Of a DNA stretch of 41,622 nucleotides, positions 25,822 to 36,088 are shown in pieces. Source of the DNA: Candidatus Eiseniibacteriota bacterium (lineage in GTDB: Bacteria; Eisenbacteria; RBG-16-71-46); contig JBDSKE010000208.1 of assembly GCA_039917105.1 (NCBI GenBank), positions 1 through 41,622 of the forward strand. The letters run 5' to 3'. The notes under the pieces were generated by a model, which saw nothing but the letters and a program-made list of their open reading frames with translations, was not told the origin of the DNA and ran no database searches. Positions within the stretch are counted from its first letter, which is position 1; each line of letters opens with the position of its first letter. A program made the translations under genes and the position numbers.

Positions 25822-25971
25822 GGTGAGTCAGGCTCCGCCTGACCAACCCCGCGCCGACGACATTCCGGTTCACGGATAACACGGTTCACGAACTACGCTG
25901 CGCGAGGGGCACGGAATCCGTTACGCTGCACTCATGGATTCCTGCTTTAACACCTTCCCGGAGATGCCGCC

Positions 25972-27696
25972 ATGCGCGCTTTGCTCGTCATCGTCCCACT
26001 CGCATTGGGGTTGCTCGTGATCAGTGGAATCGACCAGACCACTTTCGCGGCCCGCGGCAACGCCACGCGCTCCGTCGTCTATGGACAGCACGGCATGGTT
26101 TGCGCCGCCCAGCCGCTGGCGGTGCAGGCAGGGCTTGCCATCCTCAAGCAGGGCGGCAGCGCCGTGGATGCGGCGATTGCTGTGAACGCCTGTCTGGGGC
26201 TCATGGAGCCGACCGCCAATGGGATGGGGGGCGACTTGTTCGCGATCGTCTGGGACCCCAAGGCCAAGGAGTTGCAGGGACTCAACGCCTGCGGCCGTTC
26301 GCCCTTGGGGCTCAAGCCGGAGATGATCAAGCCCGAGGTGGACGGCACGATCCCGCTCTATTCACCTTTCTCCTGGAGCGTGCCGGGCTGCGTCGATGGC
26401 TGGGCCGAGTTGCATCGGCGATACGGCAAGCTCCCCCTTGCCACCGTGCTGGCTCCGGCGATCGATTTCGCCGAGAAGGGCTTCCCTCTGTCGCCTGTGA
26501 TCGCGGGGGATTGGGAGCGCTCCGTGCCCCGCTTCAAGGACAAGCCGGGTTTCGCCGAAGTGTTCATGCCCTATACGAACGCGGATGGCACGCATCGCTC
26601 GCCGCGTGAGGGCGAACTGTTCCGCAATCCCGCGTTGGCCCGCACCCTGCGCCAGATCGCCAAGAAGGGCCGTGACGCCTACTACAAAGGGGCCATCGCC
26701 GAACAGTTCGTGAAGTACTCGCAAGCAAACGGGGGATTCTTCAGCAAACGCGACTTCGCCGAACACCGCAGCGAGTGGGTGAAGCCGGTGTCCACCGACT
26801 ACCGTGGCTACACGGTATGGGAGCTGCCCCCTCCGGGACAGGGCATCGCGGCGCTGCAGTTGCTGAACTTGCTCGAGCACTTTGACCTGAAGAGCATGGG
26901 CCGGGAGTCGGCAGACTTCTGGCACGTGATGACCGAGACCAAGAAAGTGGCCTATGCCGATCGCGCCCGCTATTACGCGGACCCCGATTTCGCGAAAGTA
27001 CCCGTGGCGGAGTTGTTGTCCAAGACCTACGCCGCTGAACGTGCCAAGCTCGTCGACATGCACGTCGCGGCGCAGAAGGACCTGCCGGGCGAACCCCTGG
27101 CGCTCAACCGCCGCGAGACCACTTACCTTTGCGCGGCTGATGAGAGCGGCATGATGGTCTCGCTGATCCAGAGCAACTACACCGGGTTCGGATCGGGCTA
27201 CGTCATTCCCGAGCTGGGCTTCGGCATCCAGGATCGCGGAAACCTGTTCGACTTGAAGCCCGGCCGTCCCAACTCGTACGCGCCTGGAAAGCGTCCATTC
27301 CACACGATCATCCCCGCTTTCCTCAGCAAGAACGGCGCGCCGCTCATGGCGTTCGGGCTCATGGGGGGGGATATGCAGCCACAGGGACACGCACAGATCG
27401 TGGTCAACCTGGTGGATTTCGGAATGAACCTGCAAGAGGCAGGCGATGCGATCCGCTACCATCACTCGGGCAGCACCGAGCCGACCGGCAGCGTCATGAC
27501 TGACGGCGGCGTGCTGCACATCGAGGACGGCTTGCCGAGCAGCGTGCTTGCCGAGCTCAAGCGGCGCGGGCACCACCTTGAGGCCGAGAGTGTGGGCGCG
27601 TATGGCGGATATCAGGCGATCTGGCGCGATCCAGGGACGGGTGTGTATTCCGGAGCGACTGAGAAGCGCAAGGATGGGTGCGCGCTGGGTTATTGA
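25972..27696 (+). CDS. ggt: Gamma-glutamyltransferase
   Basis: GGSAVDAAIA, GMGGDLF, VPG.VDGW, nucleophile Thr in ETTYL, GKRPFHTIIP and GGDMQPQGH; signal peptide. Confidence 0.95.
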   Translation: MRALLVIVPLALGLLVISGIDQTTFAARGNATRSVVYGQHGMVCAAQPLAVQAGLAILKQGGSAVDAAIAVNACLGLMEPTANGMGGDLFAIVWDPKAKELQGLNACGRSPLGLKPEMIKPEVDGTIPLYSPFSWSVPGCVDGWAELHRRYGKLPLATVLAPAIDFAEKGFPLSPVIAGDWERSVPRFKDKPGFAEVFMPYTNADGTHRSPREGELFRNPALARTLRQIAKKGRDAYYKGAIAEQFVKYSQANGGFFSKRDFAEHRSEWVKPVSTDYRGYTVWELPPPGQGIAALQLLNLLEHFDLKSMGRESADFWHVMTETKKVAYADRARYYADPDFAKVPVAELLSKTYAAERAKLVDMHVAAQKDLPGEPLALNRRETTYLCAADESGMMVSLIQSNYTGFGSGYVIPELGFGIQDRGNLFDLKPGRPNSYAPGKRPFHTIIPAFLSKNGAPLMAFGLMGGDMQPQGHAQIVVNLVDFGMNLQEAGDAIRYHHSGSTEPTGSVMTDGGVLHIEDGLPSSVLAELKRRGHHLEAESVGAYGGYQAIWRDPGTGVYSGATEKRKDGCALGY

Positions 27697-27805
27697 GCCG
27701 TTCGCGCCGGGCTGACGCCGCGCGAGGTTGGGGTTTGCTGCACGATCGAGGGCTCGGGTAGAGTCATGCGGTCTTTCTCCACCCACCCTCCCGGGAGACT
27801 CGCCC

Positions 27806-29938
27806 ATGGCTTCCGCCAAGACCGCGCCGGCCACGCCGCGCCACCAAGGCCTCACGCCCGAAGATCTGGTTGGCCTGTACCGCACGATGTACACCTCGCG
27901 CCGGACGGACGATCACGAGATCCAGATGAAGAAGCTGAACCTGGTCTTCTTCCAGATCTCAGGCGCTGGGCACGAAGCGGTGCTGGCAGCGGCGGGCAGA
28001 GCGATGAAGCCGGGACACGACTGGTTCTATCCGTACTATCGCGATCGTGCGCTCTGCCTGCAGCTCGGAATGACCGTTCACGAGATGCTGCTGTCCTCGG
28101 TGGGCGCGGCAGAGGATCCCAACTCGGGCGGTCGGCAGATGCCAAGCCACTGGGGTCACAAGAAACTCAACATCGTCTCGCAATCCAGCCCGACCGGCAC
28201 TCAGTTCCTCCAGGCTGTGGGCGCGGCCGAAGCCTTGGTCAAGTACCGCGATTTGGAGGGCGAGTTTCCCGAGCTCAAGGGCGAAGTGACGGGCGACGAG
28301 GTCGTGTACGTCTCGACAGGTGACGGCACCACCAGCCAAGGGGAGTTCTGGGAGGCGCTCAACAGCGCCTGCAACCTGAAGCTCCCGGTACTGTTCCTGG
28401 TCGAGGACAACGGCTACGCCATCTCGGTGCCCGTCGATGTGCAGACGGCGGGCGGCAGCGTGGCGCAGTTGGTCAAGAACTTCCCCAACCTGTACTGGGT
28501 CGAGAACATCGACGGCACCGATCCGATCGCCTCGTACGCGGCGCTGCGCGACGGCGTTGCGTGGTGCCGGGCGCGTAAAGGGCCGGCGTTCGTGCACGCC
28601 AAGGTCACGCGTCCCTATTCGCATTCCATGTCGGACGATGAGAGCAAGTACAAGACCGAGGCCGAACGCAAGGCGGAGACCGATAAGGACTGCCTCACCA
28701 CATTCAGTCACTTCCTTCTCAAGGAAGGGATCCTCACGCAAACGCAACTCGAGGCACTGCACGTTGAGGTCGTCACCAGCATACGCGCTGCGGGCGACGC
28801 CGCTCAGACCTCGCCGCAACCGCCCGCGCACACGGCTGCCGAGTTCGTCTTCTCGCCCGACGTGGACCCCACATCCGACCGCTTCATCAGCACGCCGAAG
28901 CCTGCGAACCCCGAGCAGAGCGAGACGATTCTCCAGAGCATCAACTACGCATTGCGCGATGAGATGAAGCGCAATCCCCGGGTGATCCTGTTCGGCGAGG
29001 ATGTGGCCGATGCCTCGCACGAGGAAAAGCTCGAGGACTTGAAGGGAAAGGGCGGCGTGTTCGGCGTCACCTGGGGACTGCAGAAACAGTTTGGCGGCAA
29101 GCGCGTGTACAACTCACCGCTGGCCGAGGCCAACATCGTGGGCCGCGCCATCGGCCTGGCCACGCTGGGATTCCGGCCCGTGGTGGAGATCCAGTTCTTC
29201 GATTACATCTGGCCGGCGATGATGCAGATCCGCAATGAGCTGGGCTACATGCGCTACCGTTCCAACAACGCGTTCTCATGCCCGGTCATCATCCGCACCG
29301 CATACGGCGGTTACCTGGGCGGCGGCGCGCCCTACCACAGCCAGTGCGGCGAGAGCATCTTCGCGCACTGTCCGGGACTGCGCGTGGTGCTGCCCAGTTG
29401 CGCGAGCGACGCGGCCGGTCTCATGCGGACGGCGCTACGCAGCGAGGACCCTGTCCTGTTCCTTGAACACAAACATTTATACCGCCAGCCCTACGCGAAG
29501 GAACCCTACCCGGGTCCCGATTACACCGTGCCCTTCGGCAAGGCGCGCATCGTGCGCCCGGGCAGTGATGTGACGGTCGTCACCTACGGCGCACTGGTGC
29601 AACGCAGCTACCTTGCCGCCAACGAACTGGCCGACGAGGGCATCGACGCCGAGGTGATCGATCTCCGCACCATGCAGCCGCTGGACTTCGAGACCATCGC
29701 CAAGTCGGTCAAGAAGACCGGCCGTGTGGTGGTGGCCCACGAGGACACATTGTTCTGCGGGTTCGGCGCCGAGATCGCGGCACGCATCGCGAACGAGTGC
29801 TTCATGGAACTGGATGCGCCGGTCATGCGGGTGGGAGCCATGGATACGCCTGTGGCCTATGCACCCAAGCTCGAGGATGTCATCCTGCCTCAGAAAGCCA
29901 CGATGTTGGATGCCATTCGCTCCACTGCGGCGTTCTAG
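27806..29938 (+). CDS. 2-oxoacid (probably branched-chain) dehydrogenase E1, fused alpha and beta subunits
   Basis: AGHEA, YYRD, GRQMPSH, TPP motif GDG..DN and HSMSDD; beta part GEDV, PLAE, EIQFFDY, HSQ and IDLRT. Confidence 0.93.
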   Translation: MASAKTAPATPRHQGLTPEDLVGLYRTMYTSRRTDDHEIQMKKLNLVFFQISGAGHEAVLAAAGRAMKPGHDWFYPYYRDRALCLQLGMTVHEMLLSSVGAAEDPNSGGRQMPSHWGHKKLNIVSQSSPTGTQFLQAVGAAEALVKYRDLEGEFPELKGEVTGDEVVYVSTGDGTTSQGEFWEALNSACNLKLPVLFLVEDNGYAISVPVDVQTAGGSVAQLVKNFPNLYWVENIDGTDPIASYAALRDGVAWCRARKGPAFVHAKVTRPYSHSMSDDESKYKTEAERKAETDKDCLTTFSHFLLKEGILTQTQLEALHVEVVTSIRAAGDAAQTSPQPPAHTAAEFVFSPDVDPTSDRFISTPKPANPEQSETILQSINYALRDEMKRNPRVILFGEDVADASHEEKLEDLKGKGGVFGVTWGLQKQFGGKRVYNSPLAEANIVGRAIGLATLGFRPVVEIQFFDYIWPAMMQIRNELGYMRYRSNNAFSCPVIIRTAYGGYLGGGAPYHSQCGESIFAHCPGLRVVLPSCASDAAGLMRTALRSEDPVLFLEHKHLYRQPYAKEPYPGPDYTVPFGKARIVRPGSDVTVVTYGALVQRSYLAANELADEGIDAEVIDLRTMQPLDFETIAKSVKKTGRVVVAHEDTLFCGFGAEIAARIANECFMELDAPVMRVGAMDTPVAYAPKLEDVILPQKATMLDAIRSTAAF

Positions 29939-29958
29939 GGGCAGTTCAATCCCACGCT

Positions 29959-29990
29959 AAGCGCCGCGCGGGTAACACTGCGCGGCGCTT
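29959..29990 (+). terminator. GC-rich hairpin after the E1 gene (possible terminator)
   Basis: 11-bp stem aagcgccgcgc / gcgcggcgctt followed by a G/T-rich tract. Confidence 0.55.
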
Positions 29991-30010
29991 GGTGTTGTTG
30001 GAGGTACCTC

Positions 30011-30616
30011 TTGCAAGGCTGGAATACCGCCATCCTGATATTCGATGGGGTCGAGGTGCTGGATTTCGCGGGGCCCTTCGAAGTGTTCTCGCGCGCCCGC
30101 ATCGAGCCAGGTGTGGAATCCAGGCGCACCGATGCGGGCGCCCCGTTCCATGTCTTCACCATCGCCAAGGAATCCCACGAAGTGTCGGCGACCGGGGGGT
30201 TGCGCGTGGTGCCGCACCACTGCTTCGCCCAAGCCCCAAAGATCGACCTACTGGTGGTGCCGGGCGGGGTCGGCACGCGTGCGTTGGTCGAGGACGCCGA
30301 GACCATCGCCTGGATCCAGCGGGTGTCCGCTTCGGCCCAACTCACGACCAGCGTGTGCACGGGTGCGGCGTTGCTCGCATGCGCAGGGCTGCTGAAGGGT
30401 CGTCGCGCGACCACGCACTACGCGGCCTATGACTGGTTGGCTTCGCTCGACCCGAGTATCACGGTGGAGCGCGGCGTGCGCTTCGTCTCGGACGGGGTGA
30501 TCACATCGGCGGGTGTCTCGGCAGGGATCGACATGGCATTCGAGGTGGTCGGCATGCGGTGTGGAGAAGCGGTCGCCAAGGAGACGGCCGAGTACATCGA
30601 GTATCGGAGGGCATGA
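30011..30616 (+). CDS. DJ-1/PfpI (ThiJ) family protein
   Basis: GGAGG RBS with TTG start; EVLDFAGPFEVF, VPGG, nucleophile SVCTGA, ATTH and TSAGVSAGID. Confidence 0.92.
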   Translation: MQGWNTAILIFDGVEVLDFAGPFEVFSRARIEPGVESRRTDAGAPFHVFTIAKESHEVSATGGLRVVPHHCFAQAPKIDLLVVPGGVGTRALVEDAETIAWIQRVSASAQLTTSVCTGAALLACAGLLKGRRATTHYAAYDWLASLDPSITVERGVRFVSDGVITSAGVSAGIDMAFEVVGMRCGEAVAKETAEYIEYRRA

Positions 30617-32667
30617 TGTCCAGACACACCCGCTCTTTTGTTTGGCTGTTGGCGCTCACGCTGGATGCCTGTATTCGAGTGTCGATCGTACCGGGCGTGG
30701 CCAACGCCGAGGCCGAACCCACGCGTGTCGTCTATGCCGATACGGTCCGCGTCTGGGCCAGCAAGGTGCGGTCGCGACTCGCCGACCTGGCCACCAGTGC
30801 CAGCATCGTGTCGCCCGAGCAGATTCGCCAGGGCACCGCACGCTCGATGCACGATGTGTTGGCACAGGTGCCGGGCATGCATGTGTTGGACTTGAGCGGT
30901 AGCGGCACGGGTGGCGCGGTCGAGGCGCGCGGATTCGCGGCGCAGGGCACCACGAGCAGCATGCTTGTTCTGATCGATGGCGTGCCCTTGAACGATCCCG
31001 AGAGCGGACGCGTGGATTGGAATGCGCTCTCGCCCTCGCACGTGGAACGGGTCGAGTTGTTGCGCGGGCCGTCGTCGTTCCTCTATGGCAGCTCGACGCT
31101 GGCAGGGCTGGTGAACATCGTCACGGCGGCGCCGCGGGAGCGAACCTCGGCCTGGGGTGAGTTCAGTGGCGGAAGCTTCGAACGACGCAGTGCAGCCGGG
31201 GGCGCGGGATGGAGCGCACCCCGGGCACGCGGCGCACTGGAGGGTTCGCTTTCGGACGAGGAGGGCGCTCGCGACAACAGCTCCGCGCGCCTGCTCTCGG
31301 GACATGGCATGTTCGCGACAACGCTGACGCCTTCCTGGGAGCTGACCGCGCGAGTGCAGGGTTCCCGTGCGGACCGTCGCGTGGCTGGTCCGCTTCCCGC
31401 GCCCGCGTGGAAGAACGACCCGGATACCTCCGCCTCGCCCGACGACCGCCGCAAGGAGTCGATCGCGCACGGGAATGTGGAACTCACCGGGCGGCTCAAT
31501 CCGCAGCTCACGCTGACCGTGTTGACGGGCGGGATCCTTCGTCAGTTGGATGCGTTCGAGACCATCATTCCCGTGGGCGGTCTGGGACGCACGAGCCGCA
31601 CGCGCGCGGCACATGGCGAGCTGCGTGCGCATTGGCTCCCCGTGGCCGGCGCCGCACCTTCAGTACTGGCCGGGGTCGAGACCCGAATCGCTCGGCTCAA
31701 GTCGCGCTACGCCGAGAGTGACCCGGATCGGGACCCGATCCTGGGCGCGGGGGATGTGGATCGTTCGGTCGGGGGGGCATATCTGGTGCTCGAGCGCGCG
31801 TCCGAGTGCGGTCTGGGGGTTGCCGCGGGTGCGCGTGTGGACTGGACTCGTTCGAGTGTCGACGACCCGACCGACAACGCTCCGCGCTCGGCGAACGACG
31901 ATCAGCGCGCCGTGAGCCCGTCGGTGGCGTTCAGTTGGGCCTCGCCGGGGCAGGCGAACGCCTGGCTGTCGTACGCCGGTGCATTCAAGACGCCCGAGTT
32001 GGAACAACTGTACGACTCGCGTCCCTACGATCTGGGTTTCGGTCCGATTCGGATCTCGAACAGCGCCCTGCAGCCGCAACGCGACGATCACTGGGAACTG
32101 GGCGCGCGCAAGCGGGTGGGTCGGACATGGGTGGATGGCGCGGCCTATTACGCACGTTCGCGAAACGAGCTTGGCTTTGACTACGAGAACTTCCGCATCA
32201 GCAACATCGCGCGCAGTCGGCACGCGGGCTTCGAGGCGCAGATCGCCCTTGCGCGGCTCGGCGGGCTGTCGGGTTCCGCATCGTACGCCTACACACGCGC
32301 TACATTCGAAGGCGGCGACTTCGACGGCAAGCAGATCAACACCGTGCCCAAGCACCTGGCGTTCCTGCGCGCTTCATTCGAGCATCGCGCCAAGGGCTCG
32401 GTGAGTCTGGAGCTGCAGAATGTGAGTGGACAGTGGATCGATGAGGCCAACACGCTCGCGTTGCCCGACTACACGCTCGTCCACATCGGGATGCGCCAGA
32501 GCGCCGGGCCGATCGAGATCTTCGGTTCCATACGCAACCTTGGGAATCGACGATTCGCCCCGGTCGGCTATGTCACGCTGAACGAGGTGGGAGAACCGCT
32601 GCCGCTGTACTTTCCGGGAGTCGGGCGAGCGTTCTCGGTCGGCGTTCGGGTCGGACGCATGCGCTAG
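30613..32667 (+). CDS. TonB-dependent receptor
   Basis: Plug DVLAQVPG..RGF..LVLIDGVP..VERVELLRGPSSFLYG..GLVNIVT; FKTP, N.ALQPQ, RNL.N and GRAFSVGVR. ATG overlaps the DJ-1 stop codon. Confidence 0.9.
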   Translation: MMSRHTRSFVWLLALTLDACIRVSIVPGVANAEAEPTRVVYADTVRVWASKVRSRLADLATSASIVSPEQIRQGTARSMHDVLAQVPGMHVLDLSGSGTGGAVEARGFAAQGTTSSMLVLIDGVPLNDPESGRVDWNALSPSHVERVELLRGPSSFLYGSSTLAGLVNIVTAAPRERTSAWGEFSGGSFERRSAAGGAGWSAPRARGALEGSLSDEEGARDNSSARLLSGHGMFATTLTPSWELTARVQGSRADRRVAGPLPAPAWKNDPDTSASPDDRRKESIAHGNVELTGRLNPQLTLTVLTGGILRQLDAFETIIPVGGLGRTSRTRAAHGELRAHWLPVAGAAPSVLAGVETRIARLKSRYAESDPDRDPILGAGDVDRSVGGAYLVLERASECGLGVAAGARVDWTRSSVDDPTDNAPRSANDDQRAVSPSVAFSWASPGQANAWLSYAGAFKTPELEQLYDSRPYDLGFGPIRISNSALQPQRDDHWELGARKRVGRTWVDGAAYYARSRNELGFDYENFRISNIARSRHAGFEAQIALARLGGLSGSASYAYTRATFEGGDFDGKQINTVPKHLAFLRASFEHRAKGSVSLELQNVSGQWIDEANTLALPDYTLVHIGMRQSAGPIEIFGSIRNLGNRRFAPVGYVTLNEVGEPLPLYFPGVGRAFSVGVRVGRMR

Positions 32668-35063
32668 CGCCGGGCGCCGGGCGCGGGCTCGAGTCGCACC
32701 GACTCGAGTGCCCTCGCCGTGATGCGCTCCCAGTTCATCAGGAATGGCACATAGCGATGATCGGCCCAACGCTGGCGCAGGTCGACTCGATGGACAGCAC
32801 TGTTCCACGGGGGAACAATACCCCACGAGGAATCGGGCAGAGCGAGATCGACGACCTGCCGGTAAACTGGTCCGTGCGTGACCTCGGGGCTGAACGGCAT
32901 TCGCGTCCCGCCCACGCTCACTGTGCTTCCATCCCCGTCGATCGGCGTCGGCCCCGGCTCCCAGCGTGCGCGCGCATCGAGTGCCGAGAGCGGGTGCCTG
33001 AAGCGGGCACCATGCGCGCGACCCCAAGTCCAACGTCGTATGTCCGGACCAAGCTGGGCAGTGAGTGAATCGAGCGCCATGCCCAGCGCCCGGCGCGCCG
33101 CGATCCGCGGTGATTCCGTTCGGTCGCCCCCGGGTTGGCGCAGTGCTTCGGGCGCTCGCCCGGTGAGCCCGGCAAGGGTCAGATTGGGGACGCCCTCGGT
33201 GCCCGAGCGACGCTGCAGACAGTTCCACCAAGCACGATTCAGCGTCGGCGCGACACGCCCGCGGCGCGCCATGTGGTCCCAATGCCGCAGCGTGTCGAGC
33301 GCGGCCAACTCCCGCGGGGTGAGCCCCTCGAGGCTTCCGAGTGCGGCGAGCAATGCGGGAGTACTGCGCTCCCCCGCGCGGGAGTAGGTGTCGTTCTGCA
33401 CGCTGGCCGCGTCGGCCAGCGTCATCCTCGCATCGCCGGCCAGGCGCTGACTCATCTGTGCGAACCGGTCGTGGTCGAAATCGTACCGCATGAATGGTTC
33501 GGGGTAGCGGGTGCCTACGGGGCGATTGTTGCCATTGACGATGAACGTATTGCCCGGAGCCCGCCATGCGGGCATGGAGTCCGCCGCGATGAAGCCAGCC
33601 CATTCATGTCGCCCGTCCGAAGGCAGCACTCCTCGCGTGAATGGAAAGGGGCGGCGCGGCACGAGACCAACGGTCTGGTAGATCACCGCGCCATCGACAT
33701 CGGCGGCGACGCAGTTGATCGTCGGCGTGACGAGCGTACGGAACCGCTCAGCCACCTCGGGGGCACTCCCCGAACGTTCAACTCCGACCACGCGGCGCAG
33801 CGTGATCCGGCCGTCCTCCAGCGCGCTCCAACGGGCCGAAAGCGCCAGGTGCTTCTTCCTGTCGTAGACCAGTACGGGCCCGTGTGGGGTGTAACGGCGC
33901 ACCTGCGCCAGGGCCGGCACTGGGACCGCCACGCCGAGCAGGCGATAGCGCAGGTCGTAGGACTTCTGCACGATCGGCCTCCAGCCGGATTGCCAGCGCA
34001 CCTTGCGTCCGCTCGCATCGAGGGTGTCGGCATAGACATCCAGCACATCGGCCGACAGCGCGGTCACGCCCCATGCGCAGCGCGCGTTGCGTCCGCTGAC
34101 GATGGCGGGGAGTCCCGGCACATCGGCGCCGATGGCATCGAGCACGCCGGGCACGCTGATGTGAATGACGTGGAACGGGCCAGGAGCACCGAATGCGAGA
34201 TGGGGATCGTTACCCAGGATGGGTCGCCCGCTCTCGGTACGCCCGCCGCCCACGGCGAACGCATTGCTGGCACGGTCAGAGCCATCGGCCTCGTGTTCGG
34301 GGAACGCCATGTGAAACGAAGCGTCCAGTGTCAGCGTGCTCCCGGGGAGTTCAGCCGGGGCGGCCGAGTGCACGGCCCCCGCGCGTGGCCAAGCGGCATA
34401 GAGGCGCGCCGCTGCCGTGTCAGGAATCGTATCGCCAAAGTGATCAGATTCGAATCGGCGCCGCTTGGTGAGCCAGTCCGCACCCTTGTCGGTCATGGCG
34501 CGTGACTCGCCGATCTCAGAGAAGTCCAGATCGAGCGTGATGCCCAATCCCAGCAACAGCGCGACCGTGTCCTCGGGCCGCCAATCCCTGGGTCGGGCAT
34601 TCAAGCGCTGCAGTTCCGCTGGCCAGGGCTGCTGGCCGCTCCTGCATCCGGCCAGATAGGCGTTGATGCCTGCTGTGTAGGCTACGATCGCCTGCGCCAG
34701 ATTCGTGTCCGCGCGGTCGCGCTGCCAGATTTCAATCGCGCGCTCGTGCAGGCGGAACAATTGGGCGCCGCCATCGCTGAGCAATTGGGTGTTGCCGAGC
34801 CAGCGATGCACGATCCCATCTGCCTGCGCGCGGGTGTATACCAACTGCCACAAGCGATCGCGAGCCACGACCCAACCCCAAGCGGTATAAAGGTCCCGCA
34901 GATTGCCGGCGCGCACATGCGGAATGCCATCGAGGTCGGTGATCAGCGAGACCGGTGCCGAGAGTGTGGGCAGGAGGACGCGCGCTTCGCTCGCCCCGCC
35001 AGCGAGCAGCGAAGGCAGCAAAAGCACCAGCGTGATGAACGCGGTGAGGAATCGCGGATTCAT
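32664..35063 (-). CDS. Penicillin acylase / AHL-acylase family Ntn hydrolase (peptidase S45)
   Basis: DGIPHV, ARDRLWQ, Y.AGINAY, beta-chain start SNAFAV, GNDPHL, GNNRP and WTWG..H. Alternative GTG start at 35072. Confidence 0.92.
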   Translation of the reverse strand: MNPRFLTAFITLVLLLPSLLAGGASEARVLLPTLSAPVSLITDLDGIPHVRAGNLRDLYTAWGWVVARDRLWQLVYTRAQADGIVHRWLGNTQLLSDGGAQLFRLHERAIEIWQRDRADTNLAQAIVAYTAGINAYLAGCRSGQQPWPAELQRLNARPRDWRPEDTVALLLGLGITLDLDFSEIGESRAMTDKGADWLTKRRRFESDHFGDTIPDTAAARLYAAWPRAGAVHSAAPAELPGSTLTLDASFHMAFPEHEADGSDRASNAFAVGGGRTESGRPILGNDPHLAFGAPGPFHVIHISVPGVLDAIGADVPGLPAIVSGRNARCAWGVTALSADVLDVYADTLDASGRKVRWQSGWRPIVQKSYDLRYRLLGVAVPVPALAQVRRYTPHGPVLVYDRKKHLALSARWSALEDGRITLRRVVGVERSGSAPEVAERFRTLVTPTINCVAADVDGAVIYQTVGLVPRRPFPFTRGVLPSDGRHEWAGFIAADSMPAWRAPGNTFIVNGNNRPVGTRYPEPFMRYDFDHDRFAQMSQRLAGDARMTLADAASVQNDTYSRAGERSTPALLAALGSLEGLTPRELAALDTLRHWDHMARRGRVAPTLNRAWWNCLQRRSGTEGVPNLTLAGLTGRAPEALRQPGGDRTESPRIAARRALGMALDSLTAQLGPDIRRWTWGRAHGARFRHPLSALDARARWEPGPTPIDGDGSTVSVGGTRMPFSPEVTHGPVYRQVVDLALPDSSWGIVPPWNSAVHRVDLRQRWADHRYVPFLMNWERITARALESVRLEPAPGARR

Positions 35064-35143
35064 GCGCCGCACTCTGACAGCAGGTCGTCATGCGTGCCAG
35101 TCGGTTTCGCGACTGCCCCGGCCCATGTGCTAGCGTGCCGTGC

Positions 35144-36061
35144 ATGGCAGAATCGGTGGTGATGGCATTCGATCTTGGCGGCACGGATATCAAGGCCGCG
35201 CGTGTCACGAAGGACGGAGCCGTCCGCGGATTCCGGCGCGTCCCGTCGTGCGCGGATCAGGGCGAGGAGGCGTTGTTCGCCGCCGTGCGCGCCATTGCGG
35301 ATCAGTTGGGCGGCCCGATGGGTCCAGCGGTGGCCGGGTTCGGCTGCCCCGGCGCGATCGATCCACGCACCGGACAATTGCAGGCCCGCACGCCGCATGT
35401 GGCGCTCCCTGCGGATTACCCGATGCTCGCGCGGTTGGAGCGCACGCTCGGCGTGCGCGTGGCATTGGACAACGACGCCAACATGGCGGCGCTGGGAGAA
35501 CATCGGGTGGGGGCGGCCAAGGGCGCACGGGTGAGCCTCACGATCACGATCGGAACGGGCGTGGGTTGTGGGATCGTTGTGGATGATCGGGTATTCCGCG
35601 GCGCGTACGGTGGAGCTGGTGAGATTGGCCACATGCCGCTGGGTGCCCTGGGCCCCGCGTGTCGGTGTGGGGTTCCGGGTTGCGCTGAACCACTGGCAAG
35701 CGGTTCCGGCATCGTCGCATTGGCGCGTGAGGCAGGGCTGAATGTCTCGAGCGCGCGCGATGTGTTCGAGTCCGGGCATCCGCGTGCGCCATATATCGTC
35801 GAGCGCATGATTGATGGGCTCGGACAGATGCTGGGCGCGGCGACGCAATTACTCGACCCCGACGTGATCGTGCTGGGCGGGGGCGTCTCGCAGGCAGGGG
35901 AGCGGCTGCTCGCGCCCGTCCGTCGTTCGCTCGAGCGCCACACGCTCATCTCCCATCGCCGCGTGCGGGTGTTGCTCGGGGCGCTGGGCGAGCAGGCTGG
36001 CGCGATCGGATGCGGCCTTGCTGCGTGGGATGCGATCGCGACAGGGTCGCGCCGCGCGTGA
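35144..36061 (+). CDS. ROK family sugar kinase-like protein
   Basis: DLGGT, NDANMAALGE, TIGTGVG.G and the Zn motif GEIGH..CRCG..GCAE; no N-terminal HTH. Confidence 0.93.
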   Translation: MAESVVMAFDLGGTDIKAARVTKDGAVRGFRRVPSCADQGEEALFAAVRAIADQLGGPMGPAVAGFGCPGAIDPRTGQLQARTPHVALPADYPMLARLERTLGVRVALDNDANMAALGEHRVGAAKGARVSLTITIGTGVGCGIVVDDRVFRGAYGGAGEIGHMPLGALGPACRCGVPGCAEPLASGSGIVALAREAGLNVSSARDVFESGHPRAPYIVERMIDGLGQMLGAATQLLDPDVIVLGGGVSQAGERLLAPVRRSLERHTLISHRRVRVLLGALGEQAGAIGCGLAAWDAIATGSRRA

Positions 36062-36088
36062 TCCGCAACGCGACCCCATGGGTCGCGA

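Noticed and set aside
26362-27894. 510-aa minus-strand ORF, and similar long ORFs such as 33135-34505, 30427-31632, 6253-7431, 27959-29020 and 18241-19698
   Set aside because: These are antisense or alternate-frame shadows of well-supported genes. They are expected in high-GC DNA and show no recognisable motifs.
27806-29938. E1 alpha-beta fusion as a novelty
   Set aside because: Fused E1 alpha/beta 2-oxoacid dehydrogenases are well known in several bacterial phyla.
35085-35100. TGGCACG on the minus strand upstream of the acylase, considered as a sigma54 site
   Set aside because: The -12 position reads GA rather than the required GC, and the site is too close to the start codon.
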